Shown: in pieces, positions 28,177-38,522 of the stretch
Layout: each line of letters begins with the position of its first letter
Position numbering within the stretch: the stretch's first letter is position 1
Assembly: GCA_963674865.2 (NCBI GenBank)
Contig: CAXXYE010000004.1
Span: 512,001 to 576,000, forward strand
DNA from: Candidatus Hydrogenedentota bacterium
GTDB lineage: Bacteria > Hydrogenedentota > Hydrogenedentia > Hydrogenedentales > SLHB01
DNA length: 64,000 bases
Direction: 5' to 3'
The notes under the pieces: model-generated
Databases searched by the model: none
Seen by the model: the letters and a program-made list of their open reading frames with translations, nothing else
What the model was told of the DNA's origin: nothing
Translations under genes and position numbers: made by a program

Positions 28177-30513
28177 ATGCGTGCAATCGCGATCCTCTTA
28201 GCCGGATGCTGCGCCGCGGCTGCGCTATGCCCGTTCAGCGCGCATGCCGAGGACCCGGAGCAGGTGAAGATAGACCTCGCCAACGGCTGGTTCAGCCGCG
28301 GATTCTATCCCGAAGCAGCCGACGAATACCGCGCTTACCTCACCGCCTATCCCCAAGGGAAGCACGTCGCCATCGCTCTGTATCGGCTGGGGTGGTCGGA
28401 ATACGCCCAGCAGCATTATGAACCGGCCCTCGATGCCTTCAACCGGCTCCTCGCACGCGGCGGGGAGGACCCAAACCGGCAGAATGCTCTCCTGCGCAAG
28501 GGGGAGGTGCTGTACCGTCTCGCGCGCTATGACGAGGCTGAGGCCGCGCTCGAACCCCTCGCGGCAGCCAATACGCAGGCCGATATCCGCGGCGGCGCCC
28601 TCTATTACCTCGGAAAGCTTTTGCATGATGCCGGACAGGCTGAGGCGGCCGCCAATGCCCTCAAGACCCTCGTTTCGGAATTGCCCGGCAGCCCGCTCGC
28701 GCCCTTTGCACGCTTCCAGTTGGCTTCGGCCTACCTCTCTTCAGGCCAAGGGGAAAACGCCGCCATCGAATTCTCCGCTGTTGCTGCCTCGGATTGCGAC
28801 CCCTCCCTCCGCATGGAAAGTCGGTTCCGGGCCGCCGAGACCTACGACAAGATTGGTTGGTTCGACGCCGCCGTCACGGCCTATCAACAACTTCAAACCG
28901 AGTTCCCCGGCTCCGACTACGCGAAGCGCGCCGCGTACGGATACGCGTGGTCCCTTTACCACGCCGGACATTATCCCGAAGCCCTCGCCTCGGCGGATGA
29001 CTTCCTCAAGCAGCAGCCTGATCCCGCGAAGACCGCCGGCATACGCTATCTGAAAGGAAACTGCCTCCAGCAGCAGAAGCGATATCCGGAAGCGCTCGAC
29101 ATCTACAATGCGCTCATCAAGGATCAACCCACCTCTGAGTTCGCGTCGCGCGCACAGTATAAGATCGCCTGGGTCAATTACTTATCCGGCAACACGGAGG
29201 CCGCGAAGACGGCCGCCAAGGATTTCCTCGCCAAACACAAGGACACCCCTTTTGTCGGTGACGCCGCCTTCCTCCTGGGCACCATCGAGTCCGCCGCCGG
29301 CAACCACGAGGACGCCTACGAGGAATTCCGCCTGGTGGCGGAGAAGTATCCCGACAGCGAATTCGGCCCCGAGGCCCTGTACAAATCCGGAGAGGCCCTG
29401 ACTCAACTGGGGCGCACCGAGGAAGCCGCCAAAGTGTTTGAGGCCTTCGCCGCGAAGTATCCCTCAAACGCCCTCGCCGAAGACGCCATTCTCCGCGCCG
29501 GCGACGCCGACTTCTTCAGCGCCGCCTTTCAGGAGGCGGTAGCGAAGTACAAGGCCATCCTAGCCTCCGGGCCAAATCCGTCCGTGGAACAGGAAACGCT
29601 TTATCGCCTGGCCATTACTTACCACAACATGCAGGATTTCAAGGCCAGTTCGGACGCGTTCAGCGCCATCCTCCATGAGTTCCCCGATGGCCCCCACAAG
29701 GCCGAAGCCAACATGCGCATCGGAGACCACCTCCTGCGCGACGCAAAAGATCCCGTCAAGGCTATCGAACGCTACCAGGCTGCGCTGGCCGCCGCGCCGA
29801 ACGGGCCCCACGCCGGACGTGCCCTGCGTGGATTGGCCATGGCGCGCTATGAGGCAAAAGACTACGACGGCGCAGCGCAGATCTTTTTGCGCGTCATCGC
29901 TGAGTTCCCCGACGTGCGCCTGAACGAGGACGCGTATGCGTGGGTCGGGCAACGGCTGTTCGATGGCCAGCAGTGGACTCAGGCCGCCACGGCGTTTCAG
30001 AAGCTCCTCGCGGCGTATCCCAACCACGCGAACGCGGCGGCGGTACGATTCAAGGTGGCTGAGTGCTCTGAGCGCGCCGGCAAGAGCGACGAAGCCATCG
30101 CTCTCTACCAGAAAATTGCTCAGAACGCCCCCCGGAGCGCCGCCGGCATCGACGCCACCTTTCGAATCGGACAGATCCTGGAGGCGAAAGGAAGCGTGGC
30201 GGATGCCATGAAGATGTATGAAGCCGCCGCCGAGACGAACACGGGGGAGACCGCGGCGCGCGCGCGCTATCGCATGGGAGAACTCTTGGAGGGGCAAGGC
30301 GACTTCGACGGCGCCGCCCGCAATTACATGCGCGTGGCCATCCTATTCCTCCACGAGACTCTTTCCCCTGAGTGCCTGTGGCGCGCGGGCCAGTGCTACG
30401 AAAAGGGCCAGAAGCTTGACCAGGCCAGGAAGTCTTATGAGGAAGTGGTGAAGGAATACCCGGAAAGCGAGCAAGCAGCCAAGGCGCGTGAGCGGCTCGC
30501 ACAACTCGGATAG
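28177..30513 (+). CDS. Secreted tetratricopeptide-repeat protein (CpoB/BamD-like repeats)
   Basis: Signal peptide; many repeats of the type A..F..L...YP.S...ALY..G. Confidence 0.88.
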   Translation: MRAIAILLAGCCAAAALCPFSAHAEDPEQVKIDLANGWFSRGFYPEAADEYRAYLTAYPQGKHVAIALYRLGWSEYAQQHYEPALDAFNRLLARGGEDPNRQNALLRKGEVLYRLARYDEAEAALEPLAAANTQADIRGGALYYLGKLLHDAGQAEAAANALKTLVSELPGSPLAPFARFQLASAYLSSGQGENAAIEFSAVAASDCDPSLRMESRFRAAETYDKIGWFDAAVTAYQQLQTEFPGSDYAKRAAYGYAWSLYHAGHYPEALASADDFLKQQPDPAKTAGIRYLKGNCLQQQKRYPEALDIYNALIKDQPTSEFASRAQYKIAWVNYLSGNTEAAKTAAKDFLAKHKDTPFVGDAAFLLGTIESAAGNHEDAYEEFRLVAEKYPDSEFGPEALYKSGEALTQLGRTEEAAKVFEAFAAKYPSNALAEDAILRAGDADFFSAAFQEAVAKYKAILASGPNPSVEQETLYRLAITYHNMQDFKASSDAFSAILHEFPDGPHKAEANMRIGDHLLRDAKDPVKAIERYQAALAAAPNGPHAGRALRGLAMARYEAKDYDGAAQIFLRVIAEFPDVRLNEDAYAWVGQRLFDGQQWTQAATAFQKLLAAYPNHANAAAVRFKVAECSERAGKSDEAIALYQKIAQNAPRSAAGIDATFRIGQILEAKGSVADAMKMYEAAAETNTGETAARARYRMGELLEGQGDFDGAARNYMRVAILFLHETLSPECLWRAGQCYEKGQKLDQARKSYEEVVKEYPESEQAAKARERLAQLG

Positions 30514-30526
30514 AGGCATCACCATA

Positions 30527-32287
30527 ATGCTGAGTCGTAGGGCCATACTGATACTGAGCGTCGCCTTGTCGGTGGTGTTTCACGCCCTACTGCTTGTTTT
30601 CGCCCCCCGCATCCCCATTGTCGGGGCCTCGCTTGACAACTATCGCGTCCTCAACACCTTCCGCGTGGACTTGGCGAAAGTCCCGCCGCCGCCCGAGCCG
30701 CCAACGGAGCCGCCAACCGCGGCGAACCGGCCGGGGGAGGTGGGGGATCTGCTCAAGGACGCCGAAGAACCCCTGACTCCGGATGAAGCCCTCCTTCGCG
30801 GGGCCGCGGAAGTGCCTATGCTCGAGGACCGCGTCGCCGCCGACCCCGTCGAGCGGGAACACGACCTGGACCTCGATGGGAACACCCTTGAAAAGGTCGA
30901 CGCGAAAGTCCTTGAAATTGCCGAGGAAGTGGCCCGCCGCGATATCGAGGTTGCCCGCCGCCTGGTTCGTCCCAGTCCCTCACGCATCATCGGCGAGAAC
31001 GAGTTCCCGACTTTTCGCAGCGAAGGAGGTCTCCTCGGCGGCGAGGAAGTATTAAGCATCCAACGCCGTGGCAGCGGAGGCTGGACTCGGAGTGGAAATA
31101 GCCTAGGCGCGTCCGGCGGTGAGGGCAAGCCCGCGTACGAGGAGGGCGTCTTCGACGTCGCCAAGTTGCCGGGCGAGTCCGACGCCCTGCGCCCAATCGA
31201 CGAGATCGAACTGGCCACCGGATGGGCCCCTGAGATCGGCAGGGCGCGCGCGGAAACGGACTATGCCTTCCTTGACGATCAGGTAGCCATCAAGGTCGAC
31301 GCCTATTGCCCGGCCGGTGAGGAAGAGGGCTACTTCCGCCTTCGCATTGTTCCCAAAGAGGGGGAGGACATGGGCATCCTCCCCAAAGACATCTCCTTCA
31401 TCGTGGATGCCTCCAGCAGCATTCTTCAACGGAAACTCGACTCCACCGTCGCCGCCGTCATCCGCGCCCTACAAGCCCTGCGGCCGGAGGACCGCTTCAA
31501 TGTCATCATCTTCCGCGACACGGCCACCGAATTCCGTCCGGACTTCGTGCCGGCCACCCCGCAGAACATCGCCGCCGCTAGATCGTTTCTTGACGGACTC
31601 GAATCCCGTGGTGAAACCGACGTGTACAAGGCGATCCGCCCCGTCGTGCTCCAGCCCCCCCGAGAGGGCGTGCCGAACATCGTCATGATGTTGAGCGATG
31701 GCCGTCCCACCGCCGGCGTTCGCGATGGACGCACCATCATCAATGCCCTGACGAGCGAGAACGCACAGCGCAAGACGATTTACGCCTTCGGCGGCGGGGG
31801 CGCCGTCAATCGCTACCTGCTCGACCTCCTGGCCTACCGAAACAAGGGCCGCTCGTACGTGGCGCCCCAGATCGACGACATCGAAACGGACTTGAGCCGC
31901 TTCCTGGCACGCCTCAAGGATCCCATCCTCGTGGACCTTCACGCCGATTACGGCCGCATCGACGAGAAAGACGTCTTTCCCAAGGAAATCCCGGATTTCT
32001 ACACAGGACAAGTCGTTACCGTTTACGGCCGATTCGACCCGAAGAAGGACAAGGAATTCGTTATGCGGCTCCGCGGCGTCGGCGGCGACCAGAAAAAGGA
32101 AGTCGTCTTCCGGGCCCCCCTCGGAAAGGCTGCAACAGGCGATAGTGACATCGCCCGGGAGTGGGCGTTTCGCAAGATCTACTACCTCATCGGGGAGATT
32201 TGCCGCGTGGGGGAGACTCCGGAGCTCTTGGCTGAGCTAAGGCGGTTGAGCCGGGAGTACAACATCCGCACAAGCTACGACGACTGA
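30527..32287 (+). CDS. Membrane-anchored VWA-domain protein with a TonB/TolA-like N-terminus
   Basis: TM helix with S-x3-H (LSVVFHALL), Pro-rich PPPPEPPTEPP; MIDAS IVDASSS, GETD, LSDGRPT. Confidence 0.8.
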   Translation: MLSRRAILILSVALSVVFHALLLVFAPRIPIVGASLDNYRVLNTFRVDLAKVPPPPEPPTEPPTAANRPGEVGDLLKDAEEPLTPDEALLRGAAEVPMLEDRVAADPVEREHDLDLDGNTLEKVDAKVLEIAEEVARRDIEVARRLVRPSPSRIIGENEFPTFRSEGGLLGGEEVLSIQRRGSGGWTRSGNSLGASGGEGKPAYEEGVFDVAKLPGESDALRPIDEIELATGWAPEIGRARAETDYAFLDDQVAIKVDAYCPAGEEEGYFRLRIVPKEGEDMGILPKDISFIVDASSSILQRKLDSTVAAVIRALQALRPEDRFNVIIFRDTATEFRPDFVPATPQNIAAARSFLDGLESRGETDVYKAIRPVVLQPPREGVPNIVMMLSDGRPTAGVRDGRTIINALTSENAQRKTIYAFGGGGAVNRYLLDLLAYRNKGRSYVAPQIDDIETDLSRFLARLKDPILVDLHADYGRIDEKDVFPKEIPDFYTGQVVTVYGRFDPKKDKEFVMRLRGVGGDQKKEVVFRAPLGKAATGDSDIAREWAFRKIYYLIGEICRVGETPELLAELRRLSREYNIRTSYDD

Positions 32288-32536
32288 TTCAGCCCCGCGC
32301 CTTGCACTGAGGTCGCCGGTTGCCTGTGTTAACATCCCGCACTAGGGGCGCGGCCAGAAAGCCACCGAATGACTGAGAACGACTGTTCCGGGCGTTAAGA
32401 CAAAAGGACTTACAAATGCTTTCTGGCCGCATCCCGCCAGGAACGGCACTTTCAGGCCGGACTTCTAGGTTTTCGCGGCCCGTATGGTTCATCGCGTACT
32501 TACTGTGACTCACGTCCTTTCAGAGGAAGGAGGAAG

Positions 32537-34234
32537 ATGCACCAAGAAACACTCTCGGCGGGGACTTGGCTTAACCAACTCGAGCATCCTACCGGAACCG
32601 TGCGCCGCGCCCTCGAAAACATCTACGGCACAGACGCCGCCATCTTGGAAGAGCGCCTGGCTCTGATGCGGCGTGTCATAGCACGCTTCATCGAGCGATT
32701 CGGCGATCGCGACCTGCGCATCTTCCGCTCGCCCGGCCGCATTAACCTGCGCGGCATGCACGTCGACACCCATGGCGGCTACCTCAACCTCATGACACAT
32801 CAGCGTGAAATCATCGCCGCCGTATCGCCTGAGCCCGATGACGCCGTCAACCTGGTAAATGTCAATCCACGCTTCGAGGAAGTATCATTTCATTTCAAGG
32901 AAATGGCCGGCCGCCCTGCGTTTGCCGGAGAATGGCTCCGCTTCATCACGCACCCCGACGTTCAAGGAGCCGTCCTCGCTCAAAGAGGCCATTGGGGAAA
33001 CTATCTCCAGGGATGTGTCCTGAGCGCACAACACCGCTTTCCCGAACGCCGGTTCACCGGAATGTCAGGCGTCATCGGCGGCGACCTCACCCGCGGCGCG
33101 GCCTTGAGTTCGTCGACGGCCCTTTCGGTGGCCGTCTTCCTCGCCTCGGCGGGATGCAACGGCGTATCGATGGGCCCGGACGACCTCATCCTCGCCGTGA
33201 AGGACGCCGAGTGGTACACCGGCGCGCGCGGCGGTACGAGCGATCAGGCTGCTATGATCCTTGGCGGCGAGAGCGAAATGGTGAATGTCGCCCTGCTCGC
33301 GGAGAAACTCGATACGTCCGGCGCGCGGCGCGTCTCCCTGCCGCCCGAACTCCGCGTCCTGGTTATCAACTCACACACGGAACGCTCCTTGAGCGGCGCC
33401 CAAGTTGTTGACTACACGCGAAACCGCTTCGCCTATTCCCTCGCCATGGAGATCGCACGACAGGAACTCCGCGCCCAAGGCGCCCCGGCCCCGCTGGTTG
33501 AGAAGATCGACCGCCTACCGAGCCTATCGCCCTCGAAGCTCACCGAGATCGGCGGCGCGAAAGCCGTGTTCGGCCTGCTGCGGCGCATCCCCGGGGCCAT
33601 CGAGATCGATGCTCTTCGGAAACGCTACGACCTGCCCCAACTGGACCACGTGTATACACAGTACTTCGGCACCGTCCCCGAAGAAGCCCGGCCGACCTCC
33701 ATCGACCTACGCGGGCCGCTCCTGTTCGGGATCGCCGAGTCCGAACGCGCGCAGCTCTTCCCCGACGCGCTCGAAATGGAGGACTTCGTGCGCGCCGGAC
33801 GGCTGATGTCCACCGGCCACGACGGCGACCGCCGCATCAACGCCTCCGGCGAGCCGTATCGCTACGACATCAGCGACACCGCGCTCAGCCGGCTTGCGAC
33901 TGAAGGAATGGGCATTGAGTGGTGTCCAGGGATATACGGAGCAAGCAGCCCCGTGCTCGACGCCCTCGTCGACGCGGCCCTCGAAGCCGGGGCCCTCGGC
34001 GCCTCGCTCACCGGCGCGGGAATCGCAGGCACCGTGTTGGCCCTTTGCCTTGAGAAAAACGTCGAGATGGTGGCCGAGGCCATCCGGGCACGTATTGCCG
34101 CGCCGGATTACCCCCGCCTCGCCAACCGCGATGCTCCCCTATCCGACGATGAAATCGCCTGCGCGGCCACCATCAACCACGCCACCGCACACGCGGGCGA
34201 AATAGTCATCCCCGCAGCGGGCCGCGTCGAATAG
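32537..34234 (+). CDS. Galactokinase-like GHMP kinase
   Basis: SPGRINLRGMHVD, GAALSSS, GTSDQ, GASLTGAG. Confidence 0.8.
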   Translation: MHQETLSAGTWLNQLEHPTGTVRRALENIYGTDAAILEERLALMRRVIARFIERFGDRDLRIFRSPGRINLRGMHVDTHGGYLNLMTHQREIIAAVSPEPDDAVNLVNVNPRFEEVSFHFKEMAGRPAFAGEWLRFITHPDVQGAVLAQRGHWGNYLQGCVLSAQHRFPERRFTGMSGVIGGDLTRGAALSSSTALSVAVFLASAGCNGVSMGPDDLILAVKDAEWYTGARGGTSDQAAMILGGESEMVNVALLAEKLDTSGARRVSLPPELRVLVINSHTERSLSGAQVVDYTRNRFAYSLAMEIARQELRAQGAPAPLVEKIDRLPSLSPSKLTEIGGAKAVFGLLRRIPGAIEIDALRKRYDLPQLDHVYTQYFGTVPEEARPTSIDLRGPLLFGIAESERAQLFPDALEMEDFVRAGRLMSTGHDGDRRINASGEPYRYDISDTALSRLATEGMGIEWCPGIYGASSPVLDALVDAALEAGALGASLTGAGIAGTVLALCLEKNVEMVAEAIRARIAAPDYPRLANRDAPLSDDEIACAATINHATAHAGEIVIPAAGRVE

Positions 34235-34293
34235 GAAAAACGGTTAGGGCGCGCGCCGCGATTGGTGCCCCAGCCACGAGGGAATGGCCCCGC

Positions 34294-35415
34294 CTACATT
34301 TCTCCTCGCAAGAGCGCCTTCTTGCGTTCCATGTAGTAGCAGAAGTTCGCCAGCGGCACATCCGGCGGCACTGTGTGATCCACCGTCGGGATGTAACCAC
34401 CCTCCTCGATAAGCGGCGCGAGGTGGCGGAGGTGCACGTCAATGGCTTGTTCGTCTTTGGCGAGTTCACGCTTGTCCACGCCGCCCCACAGCAAGAGGTC
34501 TCGGCCGTATTCGCGGCGCAGCAAAACAGGATCCACATTGCTCGCACGCTCCAGCGGCCAAATGCCGTCCACGCCGGCCTCCATGAAAAGCGGCATCAGC
34601 GGCCCGGGATTCCCGTCGGTATCCAGCATGATGTGTTTCACGCCCTTGCCGTGCATAAACTCCGTGACGCGCTTCAGATTCGGAAAGATGAACTGCTTGT
34701 ACAAGTCAGGCCCCAGCAAGGGGCCCGTCTTCATCGACAGATCCTCATTGATCGCCGCATAATCAGGCGCTATTTCGTCCAGGATGGGCCCGCATACCGC
34801 GATGGTGAAGTCGGCGATGAACTCCATCATCTCCGCCATCAACTCCGGCTGCATGTACCAGGCGCAAGACAGGTTCTCCGTGCCCATCCACTCCCGCGCC
34901 AGCCAGTAGAAACCCTTGATGCCGCAGTTTCGGCTCAACGCCAGCACGTGCTCCCGATCGCGCCATCCCGTGAGCAGCGCCGTCTGCCAATCCGCGGGCC
35001 AGCGCTCAGGCAGCGACGGATCATAGCGCTTCTTCAAAGCGCGGAAATCCTCGATGTTCTCAACCGGAAAGCGCAGGTACTGATCCATCGACATCCGGCC
35101 GCCCCGCACAGTGCCTTCGATGAGCGCCTTTGTCACCACCCCGCTGGCATGGCGAATTACCTCGTAGCGCTCCGTCTTCTCGAGCACCTCCGTTTCGAAG
35201 GGAGGCATCATGCCCAGGTTGATGCCGATGTACTCCCGCGGATCCATCTCGAAGTACTCTTCTCCGCGAAACCAATCCCAGTGCAGCTTGGACGCGTCGA
35301 GCCCTTCGCTTTCCCAGCGCTCGATAGTCTGCGGCCACACGCCCAGCTCATGATTAGGCACGCGATCCTTCGCACCGTAGGCCATCACCGATAGAAAACG
35401 CTCGCGAGATGTCAT
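34294..35415 (-). CDS. Uroporphyrinogen decarboxylase-family protein
   Basis: MTSRERF...DRVP, NEDLSMKTGPL, LWGGVDK, GGYIPTVDHTVPPDV. Confidence 0.85.
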   Translation of the reverse strand: MTSRERFLSVMAYGAKDRVPNHELGVWPQTIERWESEGLDASKLHWDWFRGEEYFEMDPREYIGINLGMMPPFETEVLEKTERYEVIRHASGVVTKALIEGTVRGGRMSMDQYLRFPVENIEDFRALKKRYDPSLPERWPADWQTALLTGWRDREHVLALSRNCGIKGFYWLAREWMGTENLSCAWYMQPELMAEMMEFIADFTIAVCGPILDEIAPDYAAINEDLSMKTGPLLGPDLYKQFIFPNLKRVTEFMHGKGVKHIMLDTDGNPGPLMPLFMEAGVDGIWPLERASNVDPVLLRREYGRDLLLWGGVDKRELAKDEQAIDVHLRHLAPLIEEGGYIPTVDHTVPPDVPLANFCYYMERKKALLRGEM

Positions 35416-35609
35416 CTGAAGTCCTCCGCAACGGAAATCCCAAGAGCGGCATCGAGTCACGAGCATTGCGGGGAGAGGGGGAGATTGTCAAGAAGACACG
35501 GCGCACAAGAGGCTCGTTGACAAAGCATAAGGCTTTATCTCTACAATGGCTCATGATCGCCGCAGGCGTTCGGGGATTATCGCACGGCGAAACAACAGAG
35601 GAAGAAGAA

Positions 35610-36704
35610 ATGCTCGTATACGTTTTCTTGGCGCTGCTCTTGGTGGCGATCCCAACTTCGGCGCTCGCGCAGACATACCGGGCAGAGGTTATTGAAACAA
35701 AGATCATCTGCGAAGAGCAGGGGCGGTATATCGGCTGGCCTTCGGTGTGCCGGACACGGAAGGGGAGACTCTTGGTGGCGTTCTCCGGCGACCGCGACCA
35801 GCACGTGTGCCCGTGGGGCAAGAGCCAAATCGTGATCAGCGATGATGACGGCAAGACCTGGACGCCCCCCATAACCATCAACAACACGCCTCTGGATGAT
35901 CGCGACACCGGCCTGGTGGAGACGGCACAAGGTACGCTAGTGCTGACTTGGTTCACCTCAGTCGCTTTCGACGGGAAGTCCGAATATGCCCGCCACTCGG
36001 AGAAGATGACACCGGAACTGCGCCGCCAGTGGCTTGGTTACTGGACACGCCGCTCGAGGGACGGCGGCGTTACGTGGGAAAAACCGGTGCGTATGGCCGG
36101 CACCGCCCCCCACGGCAGCATCCTGCTGCGGGACGGCCGCCTCATGCAGATGGGGAAAGTGGGTGGCGGTGAGATGGCATTGGTAGCGGAGACCTCAATC
36201 GACGACGGGCAGTCGTGGCAAGTCATAGGTACGGTGTCGATTCCGCCCGAGGAGCAGTACAAGCATTACCACGAGCCGCACGTGGCTGAGCGGCAGGACG
36301 GAACTCTCATAGCGCTGTTCCGCTACCAGCCTGAGGATCACGACCAGCACATCATGAGGCAATCCGAAAGCACCGACGGCGGACGCACATGGACACGCAC
36401 CCATCCCACCGGCATCTGGGGATATCCCCCGCATCTGCTGATATTGGCGGACGGGCGCATGGTGGTAACTTACGGCCGGCGCAAGGCCCCCTGTAGCGAG
36501 CGGGCCTGCATCAGCACCGACGGCGGCGCCACCTGGGACGCGGACAACGAAATCACCCTCTGCGATGCCGTCAACGGGGACCTCGGCTACCCTTCTTCGG
36601 TGCAGCTAGGCGACGGATCGATCCTCACCGTCTATTACCAGGACCCCGGCCCCGACAAGGACACGTGCCTCTGGGCGACACACTGGCGGCTCGTTAACGA
36701 ATAG
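35610..36704 (+). CDS. Secreted BNR/Asp-box sialidase-family protein
   Basis: Asp boxes SDDDGKTW, SRDGGVTW, SIDDGQSW, STDGGRTW, STDGGATW; DLGYPSS. Confidence 0.88.
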   Translation: MLVYVFLALLLVAIPTSALAQTYRAEVIETKIICEEQGRYIGWPSVCRTRKGRLLVAFSGDRDQHVCPWGKSQIVISDDDGKTWTPPITINNTPLDDRDTGLVETAQGTLVLTWFTSVAFDGKSEYARHSEKMTPELRRQWLGYWTRRSRDGGVTWEKPVRMAGTAPHGSILLRDGRLMQMGKVGGGEMALVAETSIDDGQSWQVIGTVSIPPEEQYKHYHEPHVAERQDGTLIALFRYQPEDHDQHIMRQSESTDGGRTWTRTHPTGIWGYPPHLLILADGRMVVTYGRRKAPCSERACISTDGGATWDADNEITLCDAVNGDLGYPSSVQLGDGSILTVYYQDPGPDKDTCLWATHWRLVNE

Positions 36705-36723
36705 GCTGAAGCCGGTCACCCGG

Positions 36724-37743
36724 CTATATCCCGGCGCCGCCTCGGAGAGAATCGGCGAGAGCGGCCGCCTTCTCCACGGCCAGGGCGTCCTTCGACTTGG
36801 CCTCTCGGAGCAAGGCGGTCTTCTGCTCGACATCCATCTCCTTATCGCTCGCTTGCCCCAGAATATCCGCGAGGTCCGCATACAACGCCGAAAGGTCACC
36901 GGCGGCGTCTGATACCTGCGCAAATTCCTGCCCGATCTCGCCGAAGTACTGTGAAGCCATCCGCCGGCACTCCGACCACACCATGCCGTTCCACCAGTTC
37001 CCATGGCTCGCTCCATACTCCTCCACGGCACCGATCCAGTTGTCATAGGCGTCCGCCCCAATCCCGTACTTCGGGAGGATATAGGGCGAAGGATTGCGGT
37101 GGAGATCCACCGCATAATCGAGGCTCTCAAGGATGGCGACCTTCCTCTCCGCCGGCGCTATCTTCTCGTAGATGAAGAAGTTCACGTGTACCTTATCGCC
37201 AAACTCCTGCCAGGTCCCGAAAGTCAGCTTCGCCGGGGGGAAGGCAGGCACGGCCGGCCACGGCTGCGCGGTAATGAAGCCCTCGGCGTCATAGCCTGTA
37301 ATGAGTTGATTCTCGAGATTCATCAGCGCGCACGGCAAACCTGCGTCAAGCGCCTCCCTGAGGCGTTTTTCGACCGCCGACCGAGCGTCCGCGTCGCTCT
37401 CCGGGGAGAAGAAACCGAGGTCGGTAACCGCTACGCCCAAGTTCTCGACCAAGCGCTCATAACCGGTGCGCTTCCAGCAATACGGGCCGCTCGGACACAA
37501 TTGCTCATGTATATTGATCAGGAAAGCGTGTCCGGACGCGCCAAAGATCGTGGCATCGCTCACGTCGAAGCCATAGTAGTCCAGCGTCCCTTTGAGCACC
37601 CCCATCAGCGTCGTGTTGAAGGGAGGCATGGCCAAGTGTTCCACGTTCATCCCGTGCCCCTTTCTCGTAGTCGCACACCCCATCCCCAAACCGGCCAAAC
37701 CGGACGACTGCGCCACAACCCTCAAAAACTCCCGCCGCTTCAT
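36724..37743 (-). CDS. Hypothetical Tat-exported protein
   Basis: MKRREFL twin-arginine signal; codon usage like neighbouring genes. Confidence 0.7.
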   Translation of the reverse strand: MKRREFLRVVAQSSGLAGLGMGCATTRKGHGMNVEHLAMPPFNTTLMGVLKGTLDYYGFDVSDATIFGASGHAFLINIHEQLCPSGPYCWKRTGYERLVENLGVAVTDLGFFSPESDADARSAVEKRLREALDAGLPCALMNLENQLITGYDAEGFITAQPWPAVPAFPPAKLTFGTWQEFGDKVHVNFFIYEKIAPAERKVAILESLDYAVDLHRNPSPYILPKYGIGADAYDNWIGAVEEYGASHGNWWNGMVWSECRRMASQYFGEIGQEFAQVSDAAGDLSALYADLADILGQASDKEMDVEQKTALLREAKSKDALAVEKAAALADSLRGGAGI

Positions 37744-37922
37744 AGGCCCCCTCGCCGCGGCATGCACTTCAACGCCCCCTCAAAGCGCTTGTCGTATACC
37801 TTCATTGGCCTAGCAGAACGCTCCGCCGCTACCGAACGTGAAGTTATTGAGTCGCCGTTGTCGCGCAGTATACTCCCTCTCGACAACACGGTGATCGCTC
37901 TCGCCACAGCCCATACTTGCGT

Positions 37923-38498
37923 TCACCTGAACAACAGCAGTACAGCCAGAAACAAGAGATATGCGAGCACAATCGCGCCAATCCGCCATTTCTGTAGTCT
38001 ATCGATCATGAATCGTTGCGACGCGGTCTCCTGGGCCATAGCTATGATGAACGTATCCACGGGCAAGCACTTGATCACTGGTGTTCCAGCCACGTCTCGT
38101 GGCGACCACAGACGGAAGACAACATTGCCACGGCGACGGATTGGGACGCTTATGTCATCCCAAATGCTTAAGGTTCCGGCAGCCATATTGAGTCCAATCA
38201 TCAGTTTGCGCCCGACATCCTCTGAACCCTTCTGCCAATCGGACAACCCAGGTTCGCAGCCCAATTCCTCGAGCGCCTCGCGGATAGCTCGCACCTCTTG
38301 ATCGAACTCTTCCTCAAGAACCGGATAGGCACTCCTTACGCCGTGGTCCGATACTAGTCGGTCCCCGAACCCGGGCTGCGTCGGCCAGAAGCTCCATCGG
38401 AGAGATGTAGGCGTTTCAGAAATCCGGCCCGCAGCATCCCCCAGTTTCGACCGCACTCTCTGAATCACTGCCCCATAGGTTACATTGCTTTTTGACAT
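37923..38498 (-). CDS. Hypothetical protein with C-terminal TM helix
   Basis: 191-aa ORF, visibly less GC-rich, ending IGAIVLAYLLFLAVLLLFR. Confidence 0.55.
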   Translation of the reverse strand: MSKSNVTYGAVIQRVRSKLGDAAGRISETPTSLRWSFWPTQPGFGDRLVSDHGVRSAYPVLEEEFDQEVRAIREALEELGCEPGLSDWQKGSEDVGRKLMIGLNMAAGTLSIWDDISVPIRRRGNVVFRLWSPRDVAGTPVIKCLPVDTFIIAMAQETASQRFMIDRLQKWRIGAIVLAYLLFLAVLLLFR

Positions 38499-38522
38499 TG
38501 GTGCATACTCATCAAATAAGTT

